This document shows positions 49,580 to 64,000 of a DNA stretch of 64,000 nucleotides, piece after piece. The notes under the pieces are model-generated. The model saw nothing but the letters and a program-made list of their open reading frames with translations. It was not told the DNA's origin and ran no database searches. Each line of letters opens with the position of its first letter. The stretch's first letter is position 1. The position numbers and the translations under genes were made by a program. Source of the stretch: Cystobasidiomycetes sp. EMM_F5 (taxonomy: Eukaryota); the NCBI GenBank assembly GCA_051047955.1, contig JBPGPT010000003.1, forward strand, positions 62,001-126,000. Reading direction: 5' to 3'.

Positions 49580-51498
49580 TTAATGCTCAACGTCAAGTTC
49601 TGACAAGCTATCAACGTTCGGAACACGCGGCGACGAAGATCCCGTAGCCAGTTCAGGCGGTCCAGCGGTATTCTCATCGTTTACGGAAGCTGCTTCAGCT
49701 GCCGTCTTCTCTTCCTCCTTAGCCTTGACTTGCTCTCTTTCCCCTCGGACCCATTCTGCCATTGCGTCCGTGGCTTGCCGCGGTTTGTCCTTGTGCATCA
49801 GGAGCAGTCCTTGCAATGATGCACAGGTGAATTCGTAGTCTTCGATCATAGATGACCACTTGAGAGCAAGTCGGGCTACTTCCTCCTGGTCATATGTAGG
49901 CTTGTCGCTGCTGATACCCGGTATAATAGCCTTTAAGGTTTCATCGGAGGAGCAGCCCACATATTCGTCGTCCTTGAAGTCGACATCTCTGTAAAACTCT
50001 TCGAAAAGCTGGCGAGCTTGCTTCTGTGTGGCCTTCGAGTACTCCAAGAATAAATCAACCCGACCGGGGCGGATTAGAGCCGGATCGAGCGCCGCAAGGT
50101 TGTTGGTCGTCATGCACAGAATACGCCCTTCAGCAGATTCGATGCCATCCACTGCGTTCAGGACTGCTGCCAGAGTAAGCGTACCAGAACCCCAGCCGGG
50201 TGGGGGCGGTGGGGGTGGCAGGCCTCGAGGACCTCTTGGTGGGCGACGGCCTGTACTGGAACTATCCGGAAGCTCCCTCTTCGTAGTAACGACAACGTCA
50301 ATATCTTCAAAGACACAGATGCAACGTGCTGGAGTCTGCCTGAGAGCCGATCCGAGGCCATAATCGGACAGACCAGCGATAGGGACGATGTATACGGGCA
50401 AGTCTAGTTCCGTTGCAAGTGCTTGAATGGTGGATGATTTCCCACTACCTGGCGGTCCCCAGAGTAGATAGCCTCGCTTCCACGCAATGCCCCTTGAGGC
50501 ATACCATTGCTCGCTCTGGAGAAATTCGTTGGCATCCTTCAATAAGCGCGTCTTATTGGCTTCATCCATGATTATGGATGAGAACGGCCGTCTATGTCGC
50601 AGTGATGAGTTTCGCCATCCACTTTGGTCGGTGTCCCATATCAAAATTGACAGCATGCTTGGCTTTTTCGCCTCATATTGGTCACGGGCTTCTGTGAGCA
50701 GTTTGATAAGAGGTCTGCGGGTCACGGAGAACACGCTGGCGTAAAAATATCATCAGCATACTGCAGAAGCAAAGATAAAGTAAAGGTGGCTACTTACCGT
50801 ACTCGCAACTCAGTCGAACGCATGGATCTACCTGAATCTCCCCATGGATACATTGAACTTTCTGATACCACATTGACAGTGGTCTGCAAGCGGAAGAGTG
50901 TGCCATATTTGACAAACCAAAATGTCTCCGATTCCGTGGGTCGAAATCTGGGATTCACACTCTCTTCTTGCGGGTTACATGCGTGTTGTGGTGGTGTTCT
51001 TCCTTTACCTCGTCTACGCGACGGCGGGTAAGATTCGGGATCATTGTATGCCCCGATCGATGCTTGTGTTACGAAATTCCGGGCGTGCTTGTATGATGGA
51101 TGATCCTGCCAGAACTCCATTAACCATCGGTAACTGTCGTCGGAGCTCTGGGGATATAGCAAGTCAGTGGGAGGTCAGGTGTGCTCTTACGCATTCGACT
51201 TACTTGATGTATGCTGTCCAGGTAGGTCCATCGTAATATATAACTGAACGGATTTAATGATGACCCAGAGACGGCTTGCACGAGTACTTAAAAAGGTGAA
51301 TAGCGTGAAGATGATGTACTGCTGCACGAGTTCAGACAAAGGTGACGAGCTGCCGTCGAGCATGGAGCCGCCGGCCTGGGAGAGGAGTCTACGAAGGGCA
51401 GTGAAGAGGATCATGGTACGGGTGGACATCGTGGATAGGTTGTTCCCAAGAGGAAGGTTACTGCGCTTGATGAGCTTGTCCAGATTGTCAGGCGCCAT
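49580..51498 (-). CDS. BCS1-like mitochondrial AAA ATPase
   Basis: DDSYRWLMEFW (BCS1 N-domain). EFLQSEQWYASRGIAWKRGYLLWGPPGSGKSS (Walker A), VFEDID (Walker B), LNAVDG, MTTN...LDPALIRPGRVD (SRH). Confidence 0.9.
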
Positions 51499-52055
51499 CG
51501 TATCAGCGAGGTTTGGTAGATCTTGAGCGATGTCGCGGTGACCTGGTCAAGAGAGACCCAAACGATGCGAGACGCGCAAGTGGAGTGGGCGAAATGCACT
51601 GCAGAGATTTCTGGACTGTTGCGCGGTGGTGTCGGTCGACGTGAGTCACCGTTCTCGCGGTCCAACCACTGATACCCCTTCCATGGCCGGTCGACGGCCG
51701 GACCCTGACCTGCACCAAATCGCTTTAGTGTCTTGTCTGATCATGAAGATGCTCGTAGCCTGAGATACTATTCCTGACCGTGTCCATGCGCTTGTGCAAG
51801 GTGGAGATTCCATGACAGACAGGTCAATCCCCAGGTCATCCTTTGTCGATTGGAAGCCTCGCACAAAGACAGTACCCCTTGTCTGTACATAGCACATCTA
51901 GCACTGCACATTCAGGGTTTTGTTGCAACATGAACACGCGCAATCCGTTTCAGGTCTACTAAATACCCGTTCTTCATCTACCGCACAACTCGAAAACCGA
52001 GCCCGCTTCATACGCAGATCCTTCTTCAGCTAATTTACTCCACTCGTCGTCCAAG

Positions 52056-53131
52056 ATGTCGCGCGTGCGTACTCGAATCCGCCGTGATTACTGGGAAGAT
52101 ATAACCCTCCCTATCTATCGAAAGGATCTCAGCGGCGAGACGCCCACATATGTCCGGGATCCCGTTTTGACAGATGCAAGCCGGCATCCCAGCTTTTAAA
52201 CGGAAGCGTTACTGAAGGTGTGATTCCCTTGCAGTTTTTCATGGCTGCTCTATGGCCTTTAGACGAGCATCAACGTGCAATTCTTGAAATGGTAATAGGG
52301 CTTGAGGCCAAAGCAAAAGAACACCAATTCCGCCCCGGGAAATCACTACGGGTGGCAGAACGCGCGCTTCGATCATATGTCGACTTACCAAGGTCAAGCG
52401 GGGCTCTCTCCTTGAGATATCACGAAACGCTTCAAGCCATTCGAGAGGGACTCGATGGCCAAAATATCGATGGCTCACGATACTTACTGAGAAAATCTAT
52501 GGCTACTCAATCATTACTCGACTACCTCGAACCTTCGGAGAGGTTGGCTATAAAAACCAGCGCCGAGCGATTGCTGGACGAATTTACGAGGATTCTGCCT
52601 AACCATACCAATGTCCCTATACTAGCTGATGGTACGCCTACTGAATACGTTACGGAGCCTCGTACTCACTTCAGTGCTTCTATCGGCGTAGATCGACGCC
52701 GTCACAGGCGTACACAAAGTGTATATCCCCTGCCGAGAACAGAATATACTCCAACAACAACGATGGAAGTAAAGCGACACAGGAGAAGTAGGAGTGATCC
52801 AGCAATACCGCAATCATCTTTCTTTTCAGCAAGGGATAAACAAGGCAAGCAGCAGCGAAGAAGACCTAATCATCTTTCATCCGCTGGTCGCGATCGTCCT
52901 CGACAGGATCCGATGCGCCCGGTCGGCGCTGATTTGATGGGGAAGTACTATCCTACTTCGCATAGGAGGCAAAGGACGGTGACTGATCAGCATCGATCAC
53001 AACGCAAGTCCCGCCGGAGGACAGAACGCCCAAGGCGGGACGCAGATGTCGTAGATCTGATTCTGCGTCTTACTCAATGGTTCTGCCCAGATTGGCAATC
53101 ACCAGAAAGGCAAGAGAGTAGTCATCGGTGA
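52056..53131 (+). CDS. Hypothetical protein with Arg-rich basic C-terminus
   Basis: Exon 1 MSRVRTRIRRDYWEDITLPIYRKDLSGETPTY joins in frame (GTCCGG..CAG) to the 303-codon ORF ending at 53131. No family recognised. Confidence 0.6.
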
Positions 53132-53388
53132 ATGGCGATCCCTTCGAGACTCTATGCCCGTACAACTAGAGTAGAGTGCTGTGGTAGCCGTGCAAATCGA
53201 TTGAGGCTTTGGCTACAGGAAAGCTCCATATTGTGCTCATCCAGCAGACAGCGTATAAGTCAGTCAAAAACACGCGCTGTAAATTTATTTGTAAACCTCT
53301 TTCTGTTTTTTTTTTGGCCCCACATTGCCTTGAGATCACTCAGGTGCCCTCAACACCAACTGTCCCGTGTGTGGAATTTGCTTCCACG

Positions 53389-54065
53389 ATGGCTGCGTCA
53401 GGTGTACGCCTTCAGCCTCTAGTTGCCTACAAACCAAGGCTAAGCTGATTGCTGCTTTCGCTACAACAATATTGTTTCGCGTCGTACGTACAAGTAAACA
53501 GTGGGAAGTGCGATGGTCCAATTCGCGACAACGGGCATATTTCTACAATGATGCGCAATCTCTGAGCATCTGGGAACCGCCGACTGGCTTATCAGAGGAC
53601 GATATTGTCAATCTGCCTGGCGCTCGAGAGAATCTACACCGTCAACCCCAAGCACCAGAGCAAGTTCAGGCGAGCCATTTGCTGATTAAACATGCTGGAA
53701 GCAGACGTCCATCGTCATGGAAAGAGGTAGCTCCGTCCGCGCAAGCAGTAAGATGTGTATCTGACATACTTGCTCCATTATAGACCAACATTACGCGAAG
53801 CAAGGAGGAGGCCATTGCAGCTTTACGCGCCCATCAAGCCGAACTGAACAAAGCACAACCGGCTGATCTACCAAGAGCATTCGCACAGCTAGCGAGTACC
53901 GAATCACACTGCTCCTCGCATTCCCACGGAGGTGATCTTGGACCATTCAGGAAAGGTCAGATGCAGAAACCGTTCGAAGACGCTACGTTTGGGCTTAGAG
54001 TCGGCCAAATGAGTGATATCGTCGAAACGGACTCGGGGGTGCATCTCATCTTACGCACAGCGTAA
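53389..54065 (+). CDS. ESS1: Parvulin peptidyl-prolyl isomerase with WW domain (Pin1/Ess1)
   Basis: MAASG|WEVRWSNSRQRAYFYN...SIWEPP (WW domain). VQASHLLIKHAGSRRPSSWKE|TNITRSKEEA...ESHCSSHSHGGDLGPFRKGQMQKPFEDATF...VETDSGVHLILRTA*. Confidence 0.96.
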
Positions 54066-54143
54066 AACCCGGCAAAAACTTGTGAAAATAGTCGGCACCC
54101 GTTTATCATGGGTCCGCGTTTATATGCCAGAGATGGAACGCAA

Positions 54144-56120
<1,977 letters not shown>

Positions 56121-56270
56121 CGGTTGCTTGCATAGACCGCATTGAGGGAACGGCAGGCTGATTTCTCGCAATGTCCGCGCGACTTCCTGGTACGACCACC
56201 CCGCCTACAACGGTTCCGTGTTTGTAAAGCTACATCAAGTATTCACATAGTTGTTATGTACAGATTAAAT

Positions 56271-57903
56271 CTATGCGAAATCCATACTGACTGCTCCGAG
56301 AGTCGTTTCAATCGTCGATACTCCCTTGGCAGACTTTTCGATAGGTTTCCAGTAGACACTGCCCTCTTTGCTGATAACGCCCATGTTCCTGTCATCCTTG
56401 CTCACATTGAGCACTCTTTCGCGTTTCCTTCCTGATGGGTCCATGGCCTTCTCGTCGAATCGCACAGAGGATCTTCCCCACGATGTATGCATGGCAAAGC
56501 CTCCTTCGAAGGCTGATCCCATCCTTGCAGAAACATCGCCATTAGATGATCTTAGACTGGAATTTAGCACAACGCCATATGGGTGGCTCGGATACTCCAT
56601 TACGATATACCCGTTGGAGGTCTGTGCAGCAACATGCACATCCTCAAAGTCGGATCGACCAGGCTTCTGCAGATTGACTCGGGCCCTGATAGCACCATTT
56701 GACGTTGTGAGGTCTAGCAATTCTGAAACGTTGAATGTTCCGTCAATCTGGCCATTTTCAGTCCGGACCTTCAGCTCTCGAGCCATCAGCAAGTGACTAC
56801 TCGGTACAGTGACGGGTCCGAGAGATGTATTGAGGTCGATTCTGTCGAACTGGGTGTGAGGTATAGCTATCTCAACCGGAGACAGCCCAGCGCCTCTCAC
56901 AGCCAGTGACTGCAGCTCGTGCAAAGCGGATGGGGGAAAGCGAACGACAGTCTCAAAGGAAACTTGTCGATGCTGATCGGGATATGCAGGCTGGGGTGTA
57001 TAGATGCCGACACCTCGCTCGATGTACGGCGTGTCTCGGGGTAAAGTGCCAGCTCGTTGCATTGCGCACACCTTTGTCGAGCTCAGCAGCTCCTTGTCGT
57101 TCCACACTGCCACAACTTCCACCTCCACAGATGGCTTTGATCTGTCCCACGCCAGACGATGTGAATCTTGGGGTTCTTCAACGACGAATTTGACGGGTCC
57201 GACTGCATACCGTCCGTAGCCAAGAATGAACAAGCCGTCAGTTGTGGTCAGAGGGAGATGCAGATAAGTCTTGCTCTTGTAGTACACGTTTGTCTTATCT
57301 GGGCGATGCTCCGCAGCGTTGGCTTTGGGCTGGGCTTGCGTGTCGAGGCGTCTGCGTGGCAGCTCGATGGAAGAAGATGGCAGAGATTTGAGAAAATTGA
57401 CACATTCTGTAGTATTTCCGTCCATGGATGGACTTCGTACTAACTTCCCCGGCCATGATCCATTTATCGAATCATTATCCCACCACCCTTGGCCGCCGGC
57501 CAGACCGATAATTACTCCACATAGGACATAAGTCAGGAAGCCGAGCCCGAGCGCCGTAACGAACCTCCGTCGAGCTCTCCTATCTGCCGCGATGATAGCT
57601 TCTGGCGAGAAAGGATCATTGTAAGCTGGAAAAAGGCCCGGATTGTAGGTTGGTCCGGTGAAAGTTGGCGAGACTGCATTTGCGTTATTGACAGCAGGCG
57701 ACATGAGCGGCGGGAGAAAGGCCTGGCGAACCGCTGGATGTCAGGCAAGGGTCGAGCTGTGCGACAAACGCCGAGGGACTCACGCCGTTGGTCTGCAAAT
57801 TCGAGCCTGTAGTCTCATCCGTCAGCTTGGCATGGACGACTAGGCCTGGCTGCTACGCACTATTGGCTGCCAGCAGTCCAGTGCGCTCATTTGACTGCGC
57901 CAT
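56271..57903 (-). CDS. Type II membrane protein with C-terminal DUF4097/putative-adhesin-like beta repeats
   Basis: Probable first exon MAQSNERTGLL. RRARRRF followed by a TM helix. Repeats LNTSLGPV, VRTENGQI, LTTSNGAI, AQTSNGYI, LRSSNGDV, MHTSWGRS, IETTLGAV. Confidence 0.75.
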
Positions 57904-58262
57904 GCCGAACAGTTGTCAGGTTTCAAGATCCACGCCAATCCGAGCAGACTCAAAGGATGCTCTCTTGCGTCACGGCGAGGCCAGCGAGACATATTTTACA
58001 CAAAATTGTCAGGGTCTCTGTCTAAATCGCAGCTTGTGACCTTTCATATGTTACATGCCGAGTAACGCCCTCGCTGTCTTCTTCATCGTGCAGCTCGGGC
58101 TTTACCATGTTTCGATGAGTCCGGGGACCCACTGTCCGAAACCCGGCCTGGAATCCAAATTTCCGGGAGACGATGGCCTTGCTGAGCTCCATCAGCATGA
58201 ATGTCTTTCTGTAATCACTTTGAACCTGTCCGCCTCTCCCTTCCCGACGCGTACTCGCTCTA

Positions 58263-60064
58263 ATGACCATTCTTGCCGGACTCTTGCTGACCGCGGTCAT
58301 CCTCGGCACTCTCAGCTACAAGCTATTTGTACCCAAGGCAGAACATTCGCGTCTGCCCCCGGGACCAGCACGTAGCCTCCTTCGTGGCACACCAATTCCG
58401 ACGCTATACCCTTGGCGGTTCTTTCATGACCTGTCAAAGCAGTACGGGCCAGTCGTAACAATTTGGAGAGGCAATCAGCCACTGCTAGTATGCAACGATG
58501 TAGCTTCGTAAGTCACGTCGACTCTGTTGCGTATAGCCATCCAACTCATGAGTTTTAATCTGCAGCACCGAATTCATTCTCGAGAAGAATGCTAGAATCA
58601 CTGCAGACAGGCCAAGAGCCATCGCGGCAGGTGAGCAGTACAAAACTGTGAGGTCTCATTTCGTCAAATCTTACTTTGTGCCCATTTGCATTCATAGACG
58701 AGATTGTGTCCCATGGCAAGCGCATTCTCCTTGTCGGGTACAATGACAGATGGCGACGGCTGCGAAAAGCTCTACATCATACACTACAGCCCCAGTCGTC
58801 GCGAAACTTCCGACCAGTCCAAGAAAAAGCCGCCAGAACGGCTATCATGGACATTTTAGCAAAACCAGAAGACTTTCAAAAGCATATACAGAGCTACACA
58901 GCCACTGTGAGCCTCTCAGCTCGATGGTAGCGCAGCCACTAATTGTAATTCTTCATAGGTCGTAGTCAATTTGGCATATGGTCGAAGTGACAAGGCAAAT
59001 TATGCGGATCCCGACATACAAGAAGTAATACAGGGATCTCATCGGTTGGGGACTCTACTGCGCCCAGGCGCTATAAAGCTGGACTCCTATCCCTGGCTGC
59101 GATGTGAGTGAGGTCCGCTTCTGAAATTCACTGAGTAGGACTCAACTCTCCTGGCCAGACGTTCCTGGGTACCTCTCGACAATCAATAAATGGGCTGATG
59201 ACGAACTACGACTATTCCGAGGAGCATATCAACAGTCCCTATCGAACGTACAGAAAGGCAATGCCTTACCCTGCTTCGTTAGCTACATTTTAGAGAAGCG
59301 AGAAGAGTTTGGCTTGAATGACGATGAGATTGCCTACCTCTGCGGCTCCATCTTTGGTGCAGGCAGCGATACCAGCTCTTCGGCCATCACCCTCTGCATC
59401 ATGGCAGCAGCCGTATATCCGCACGCTCAGGCTCGCGTTCAGGAAGAACTAGACAGAGTAGTCGGCAGAGACCGCCCACCAACATTTGAGGATTGGCAAG
59501 ATCTGCCGTCCGTGCTCTACACATATTGATTTTGTTCACACAGGCTGATTTAGATTTGGCATTTTGTTCTCCAGGATACTGAAAGCTTTTATTGCGGAAA
59601 CCTACCGGTGGCGTCCAGTCTCGAGCGGAGGCTTCACCCACAAAACCACCGAGGATCTCGCCTTCGAGCAATATCTAATCCCAAAGGGCACAAGTGTGGT
59701 TGGCAATCACTGGGGCATCCATCGCGACGAGTCTTACTATGGACCCGATGTCGAGAATTTCAATATCGACCGCTTTCTGACAAACGACGGGGCAGCTTTC
59801 AATGAAAAGCTCAAACTGTACCAGTTCGGGTTCGGTCGGCGTGTATGTCCCGGACAGCACGTTGCCAACGCGTCTGTGTACATCAACGCAGCCTTGCTTC
59901 TTTGGGCGTTCAACATCGGCAAATACACAGACGAACGCGGAGTTGAGGCTGAAATCGACACTCTGAACATGAGTAACACGGCAAACTCGCACCCTCTGCC
60001 GTTCAAAGTCAGCTTTGTACCTCGTATACTTGACCTGAGCTCGGTCATGAAGGCGTTGTCCTGA
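58263..60064 (+). CDS. Cytochrome P450 monooxygenase
   Basis: N-terminal TM anchor plus LPPGP; WRRLRK; I-helix FGAGSDTS; ExxR motif ETYRWRP; NIDRF; heme motif FGFGRRVCPG. Confidence 0.95.
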
Positions 60065-60175
60065 GTCGTAATGTCGATACTTTGCTGGTTGTCGCCCTCT
60101 TGTACGACTCGGTTATGCAACAATCTTCTCGATATAGGACAACAATCTCAGGTTTTGAGCTTTACTACCACTGTG

Positions 60176-63100
60176 TTACAAATATGGGACAGACCCAAAG
60201 TCCATGTCAGGTAGATCATCTTCGTCAATATCTCCGAGGTCCTCCTCTTGCTCAAACGATTCATTTGCATGCTGTGCGTTCCTGGCTCGATCCGCTTGAA
60301 CTTGGTGCGATGGCGATCCATCAAGTTCCAAGCTGTCCCGCATTTGATCCAGGAATGATTCCGCTTCGAAGCTACCCGGCATAGAGTCCGGGTTCCGCTG
60401 CCGTGTGCCCAAATCTACGGGCTTTCGGTCGGGGTGGGCCGAAATTGTCGGGCTCTCTTCGTTGACTTCGTCTTCGTCTTCCTCATTGTCTGAGGCACGT
60501 ATGTGTTCAAGAGGATTCGGACTGGTGCTACGAGGACTGGTAGAAAAGGGTGACCGTGTACCGCCTGCAGGATTGCGGAGTTGCTGCCGGGATGTGCGCC
60601 GAGAAATGGATGCAGCTATGTTTGCGACCCTCGATAACCGAGACGTGTCTGACCTTGCAGATAGAGTTGGTGATACAGGCTGTGGCATGAGGTCTTGTGG
60701 CAAGTCAATCTGCGGTAATTCAGCCCGCCAGAAGTTGAAGTCGTTATATTGCGGCACATGATTGCGTTGCACGGGAGGGAAAGTTTCGTTAACAAGACTG
60801 GTCATAAAAATGTATGTAGATGAGTATCCTGCCAGCTCGAGCAGTTCTAGCTTGACATTTCCAGAAGAATCAATGGTAAATATACGACTGGATGGAATTT
60901 CGACACTTCGATAGGACAATCCGTCCGTCAATCGATTGCCAAATCCAGCATAGAATGGATTACGGTCTACGAATAGGCGCTTGATATCGCGAAGACAAGC
61001 CATCTTGAACACTTCTGGCTTTCGTAGCACAACCTCTCTGCACAGCAAGAAGGCTTTAGCGAGGTTTCTAAGGACATCACAGTCGGCTTACCGGTGTAGA
61101 GACGTCAGTAGTCGGTCCGGCGACATAATAACGGGGCCTTCGGGCAGGTTGTAGCCGTTTTGATGTATGCCACGTAAGTATTCACGCGTTTGGTCGGCTT
61201 GTCCAATCGCACGGCTTGTCAGATACATGAACCGGTATCCATTGCTTGCGATGTCTGTGTAGAGCTTAGCCACACCCGGATGTGTCCAATCACGGCCTAT
61301 CATGGTGAAAACATGACCGAGCGCATCCGACCTGAGTGAGGCATTAGCATCCCTTAGCGAGCACAGTAGAAAAGTGACCGACTTTGTGATAGTGCCGTCT
61401 ATATCGCTGATGACAACCTGAAAGTCTGATTCCCAAAGGAAGATGCGAGCTACGACCACAGCAACCCCGGAAAAAGATGATTGCACAGTGAACGATAGTG
61501 TGTTCGAACCTTTCTTCAGGGGCAGCTGTTTGAGCTGGTCTGATGTCAGACGAAGCGTCTTGGCATAATGCTTTTGAGCTTTGTCTCCATGGATAGCTTG
61601 CTCTGTCGTGTCAGCAGTGATAGTGCCGGCCGTCGATAGCGCTGGACTGCTGGGCAGATCACTTTCTGGAGTAGCGCTTCGTAGCGGTTCTGACGTAGCT
61701 CGCATTAAGCGACCTTTCTCCTGGTCATTGAACGACGTAATTTTCTCGTGAGCTAACATATCTGAGGCTATAGACGGCGCTCCGGTCGTGTTTGTAGTAT
61801 ACGAATCGCTTGTTGTTGTCCGGCTTCGCACACCGCCGCCCCTGCCCCACCATCGACGCCATCCAGATGGCTGCGAGGACGGCGCTTTAGATGCTGAATC
61901 GATCAGTGTTTTGCGGTATATCGCAAGAGACGCCAAAGCCAATGAGCCATTGTCCCAGCCGAAGTACCGTGAGCGGAAGCGGACATATAGATCGCGATCT
62001 TCCAGAAGCTCTGGCTTTGCAAGGAACTGATCTTTACTTATTCGTGCATAATCAAACTCTTGACTTAACTGCTTTAGGGTCAATAGGCGGCCTGTTAATA
62101 CCGAACATTGTTGATCATAGCATATACTCACAACAGACCCCGCTCCCGGATCATAATCATGACACAGCGCGATCTCGAACGTGTGTGTCTTTCCTTCGGA
62201 AAATAAGACGTACTCGTACGCATCGCCCATACGGTCAGGATTCTGCTCTGACAGAGTACGTTGTCTCGTCATCAGCGTCTCGGACGATGCGCCATTGTCT
62301 ACATGTTACGCATCAAGTCTTGTCTCTGAGGCGCAATAAACCATACGTACTTATGAGATCGTTACCAGTGTGCTCCGTTTCGGAAATGCGTATCAGTGCT
62401 CGGGTGAGCGCAAGCACGTCGGGATCGGCCTCGTGCAGCAAGTTTGCAGCCGAGATATCACCATTCTCAAGCTGGGTCGTATTGCCATTGGCTAATGTTA
62501 GTGCAGCAGCCACTTCGGGCGGAGTTTTGGCTCCATCCTCGATGGTTTCTGGACCTTCTTCCATTTTGTATCCATCCATGTCCAGCATCAGATCACCTTG
62601 GCCCGCAGTATGAATCATTGGTGGTTGCCCGGTAAATTTATCGCTAGATCTAGTTTTAGACATCTTCGAAGCGTCGGCATGTCTTACATTATTCCTGTGA
62701 TGTTCTTCGTCCGGCAGGCTCGTGGTGGATTGACGTGGTGTATTCAATCTGTTGTGACGGGAGGCGGAATCTAGGGCATCCTCTTGGCTTTTAATACGAC
62801 CGACAGAGATGGGTGAAGGAGGATCGCCAAACGGCTTCACGCTGGACAAGGATGCTGAGGTGCTGGAGTAGCCGAGTTCGGATGCTACAAAAGATTCTGT
62901 CGTTGGCGTAGAATCCTCCTGATCCCCCTCCGCACTTTCTCTTTGGCCTCTCAGAACTGCTTTCCCCGACCGGAATGCTTCTTGCAATTTATCCTTGCCG
63001 GCATGAGCATGACCAGATCTCAATATCCTGTCATTGCTTGCCTTTGCCAATTCTAAAGCTGCCCCACCGACTGCTTGTGCCTTGCCGACCATACCTTCCA

Positions 63101-63939
63101 AAACTTGTGCACGAATCGATTGGTGACGCGTGCTCAACTCCGCCTGCTCAAGCATATCCTCGGCGGAATTCTGCGAGCTATTTGTCTGCGCTGCATGGTT
63201 TTCGTCAGACGATACAGCTGTATTAATGTCAGTGCTATTTTGGTGATCCAGCGTTGTAACGGAATCTCCCAGTTCCAGGAGATCCGGCTGACAATATAGC
63301 AGATGAGCACTGATTTAGTCTCAAAAGTAGCGAAGATACTAACCTCATTACTTAGCGCTGAAATATCTTCATCCCCAACGGCATGCTGCAAAGGCGATGT
63401 TTGCAAATGATCCGGTACATCCTGGTCTGTTTCGAAGACAAAGAAAGCTTCTCCAGTGTCTCCAACTTTCATATGAAATGGTGCATCGTGTCCGTTGACC
63501 TTGATGTAGACCTACACAGCAACGTCAGTCGGATTTGGCCAGCGAGTCCAGCCAGGTATCTCTGGACTTGTAGCAACGGCAGCAAACTGACTGTTCGGTC
63601 GACCGGTCGCAGTACGCTCAACTTCCCAAATCGAATATGGAATGGCGAGCAGGCGAGCTCAGTCTCGCCCGTTTTGCCATCGGTATGCTCGACGACGATG
63701 ACATCGATGGCTCCGGAGAGAGTAGCCGGATTGATTTCCTGCTTAAGCATGTCAGCGAGAGCTGCCAATAAGTGGAAGGAGCACCATCTGCGAGCTGCAT
63801 GAGCATTACCTTGTCTAATAAATCAGTACCGGTCACGGAATGGTCGGATCGTTACACTCAGCCCTGGCCTTCAATGACGAGCCTATGCAAACTCACAGTA
63901 CTGGCTGACCGAACTCAGCGCCCGCCCCACCCACTGCAT
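60176..63939 (-). CDS. PAH1: Lipin / phosphatidate phosphatase
   Basis: MQWVGRALSSVSQY|YK|EINPATLSGAIDVIVVE...CSPFHIRFGK (N-LIP). HAD motif VISDIDGTITKSDALGH, YLTSRAIGQAD, FYAGFGNRLTD (C-LIP). Confidence 0.96.
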
Positions 63940-64000
63940 ATACGGCTACAGCGTAGCAGAATTGGGCAGCCAGTGTTAATCTGACTGGATCCGTTGACAG

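Noticed and set aside
58263..60064. Cytochrome P450 as a possible member of a luciferase-type cluster
   Set aside because: It lies about 30 kb from the luciferase-like pair, separated by many housekeeping genes. Nothing links them.

Overview
Gene-dense, intron-rich eukaryotic DNA: short GT-AG introns with GTRAGT/GTRCGT donors and CTRAC/CTRAT branch points, and many intergenic gaps of only about 80-350 bp. Protein sequences and intron style point to a basidiomycete fungus, probably a Pucciniomycotina-type yeast (inference). The supplied ORF track is fragmented by introns, so I rebuilt gene models by eye. I call about 34 protein-coding genes. Recognisable ones: CCDC124/Lso2, a paraoxonase-like protein, proteasome beta3 (PUP3), a Zn alcohol dehydrogenase, MLH3, eIF4G, EMC8/9, dynein roadblock, GPN2, alkaline phosphatase, EAF3, GTP cyclohydrolase II, DPH3, ACL4, mitochondrial uS10, a BCS1-like AAA ATPase, ESS1/Pin1, ATE1, a DUF4097-like protein, a cytochrome P450 and lipin/PAH1. 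The most notable item is a tandem pair of intact genes (25.4-28.0 kb) resembling fungal luciferase (Luz; luciferase/DUF5519 family), with no luciferin-pathway genes next to them. Also notable: several unassigned secreted proteins between 7 and 17 kb (one with a repetitive Kex2-type propeptide, one Cys-rich and PAN/apple-like), micro-exons down to 5 nt, a GC-AG intron, and a tightly spaced co-directional RSM10-ACL4-DPH3 run. I saw no rRNA, tRNA, CRISPR array or transposon. All family calls come from recalled motifs, not from database searches.
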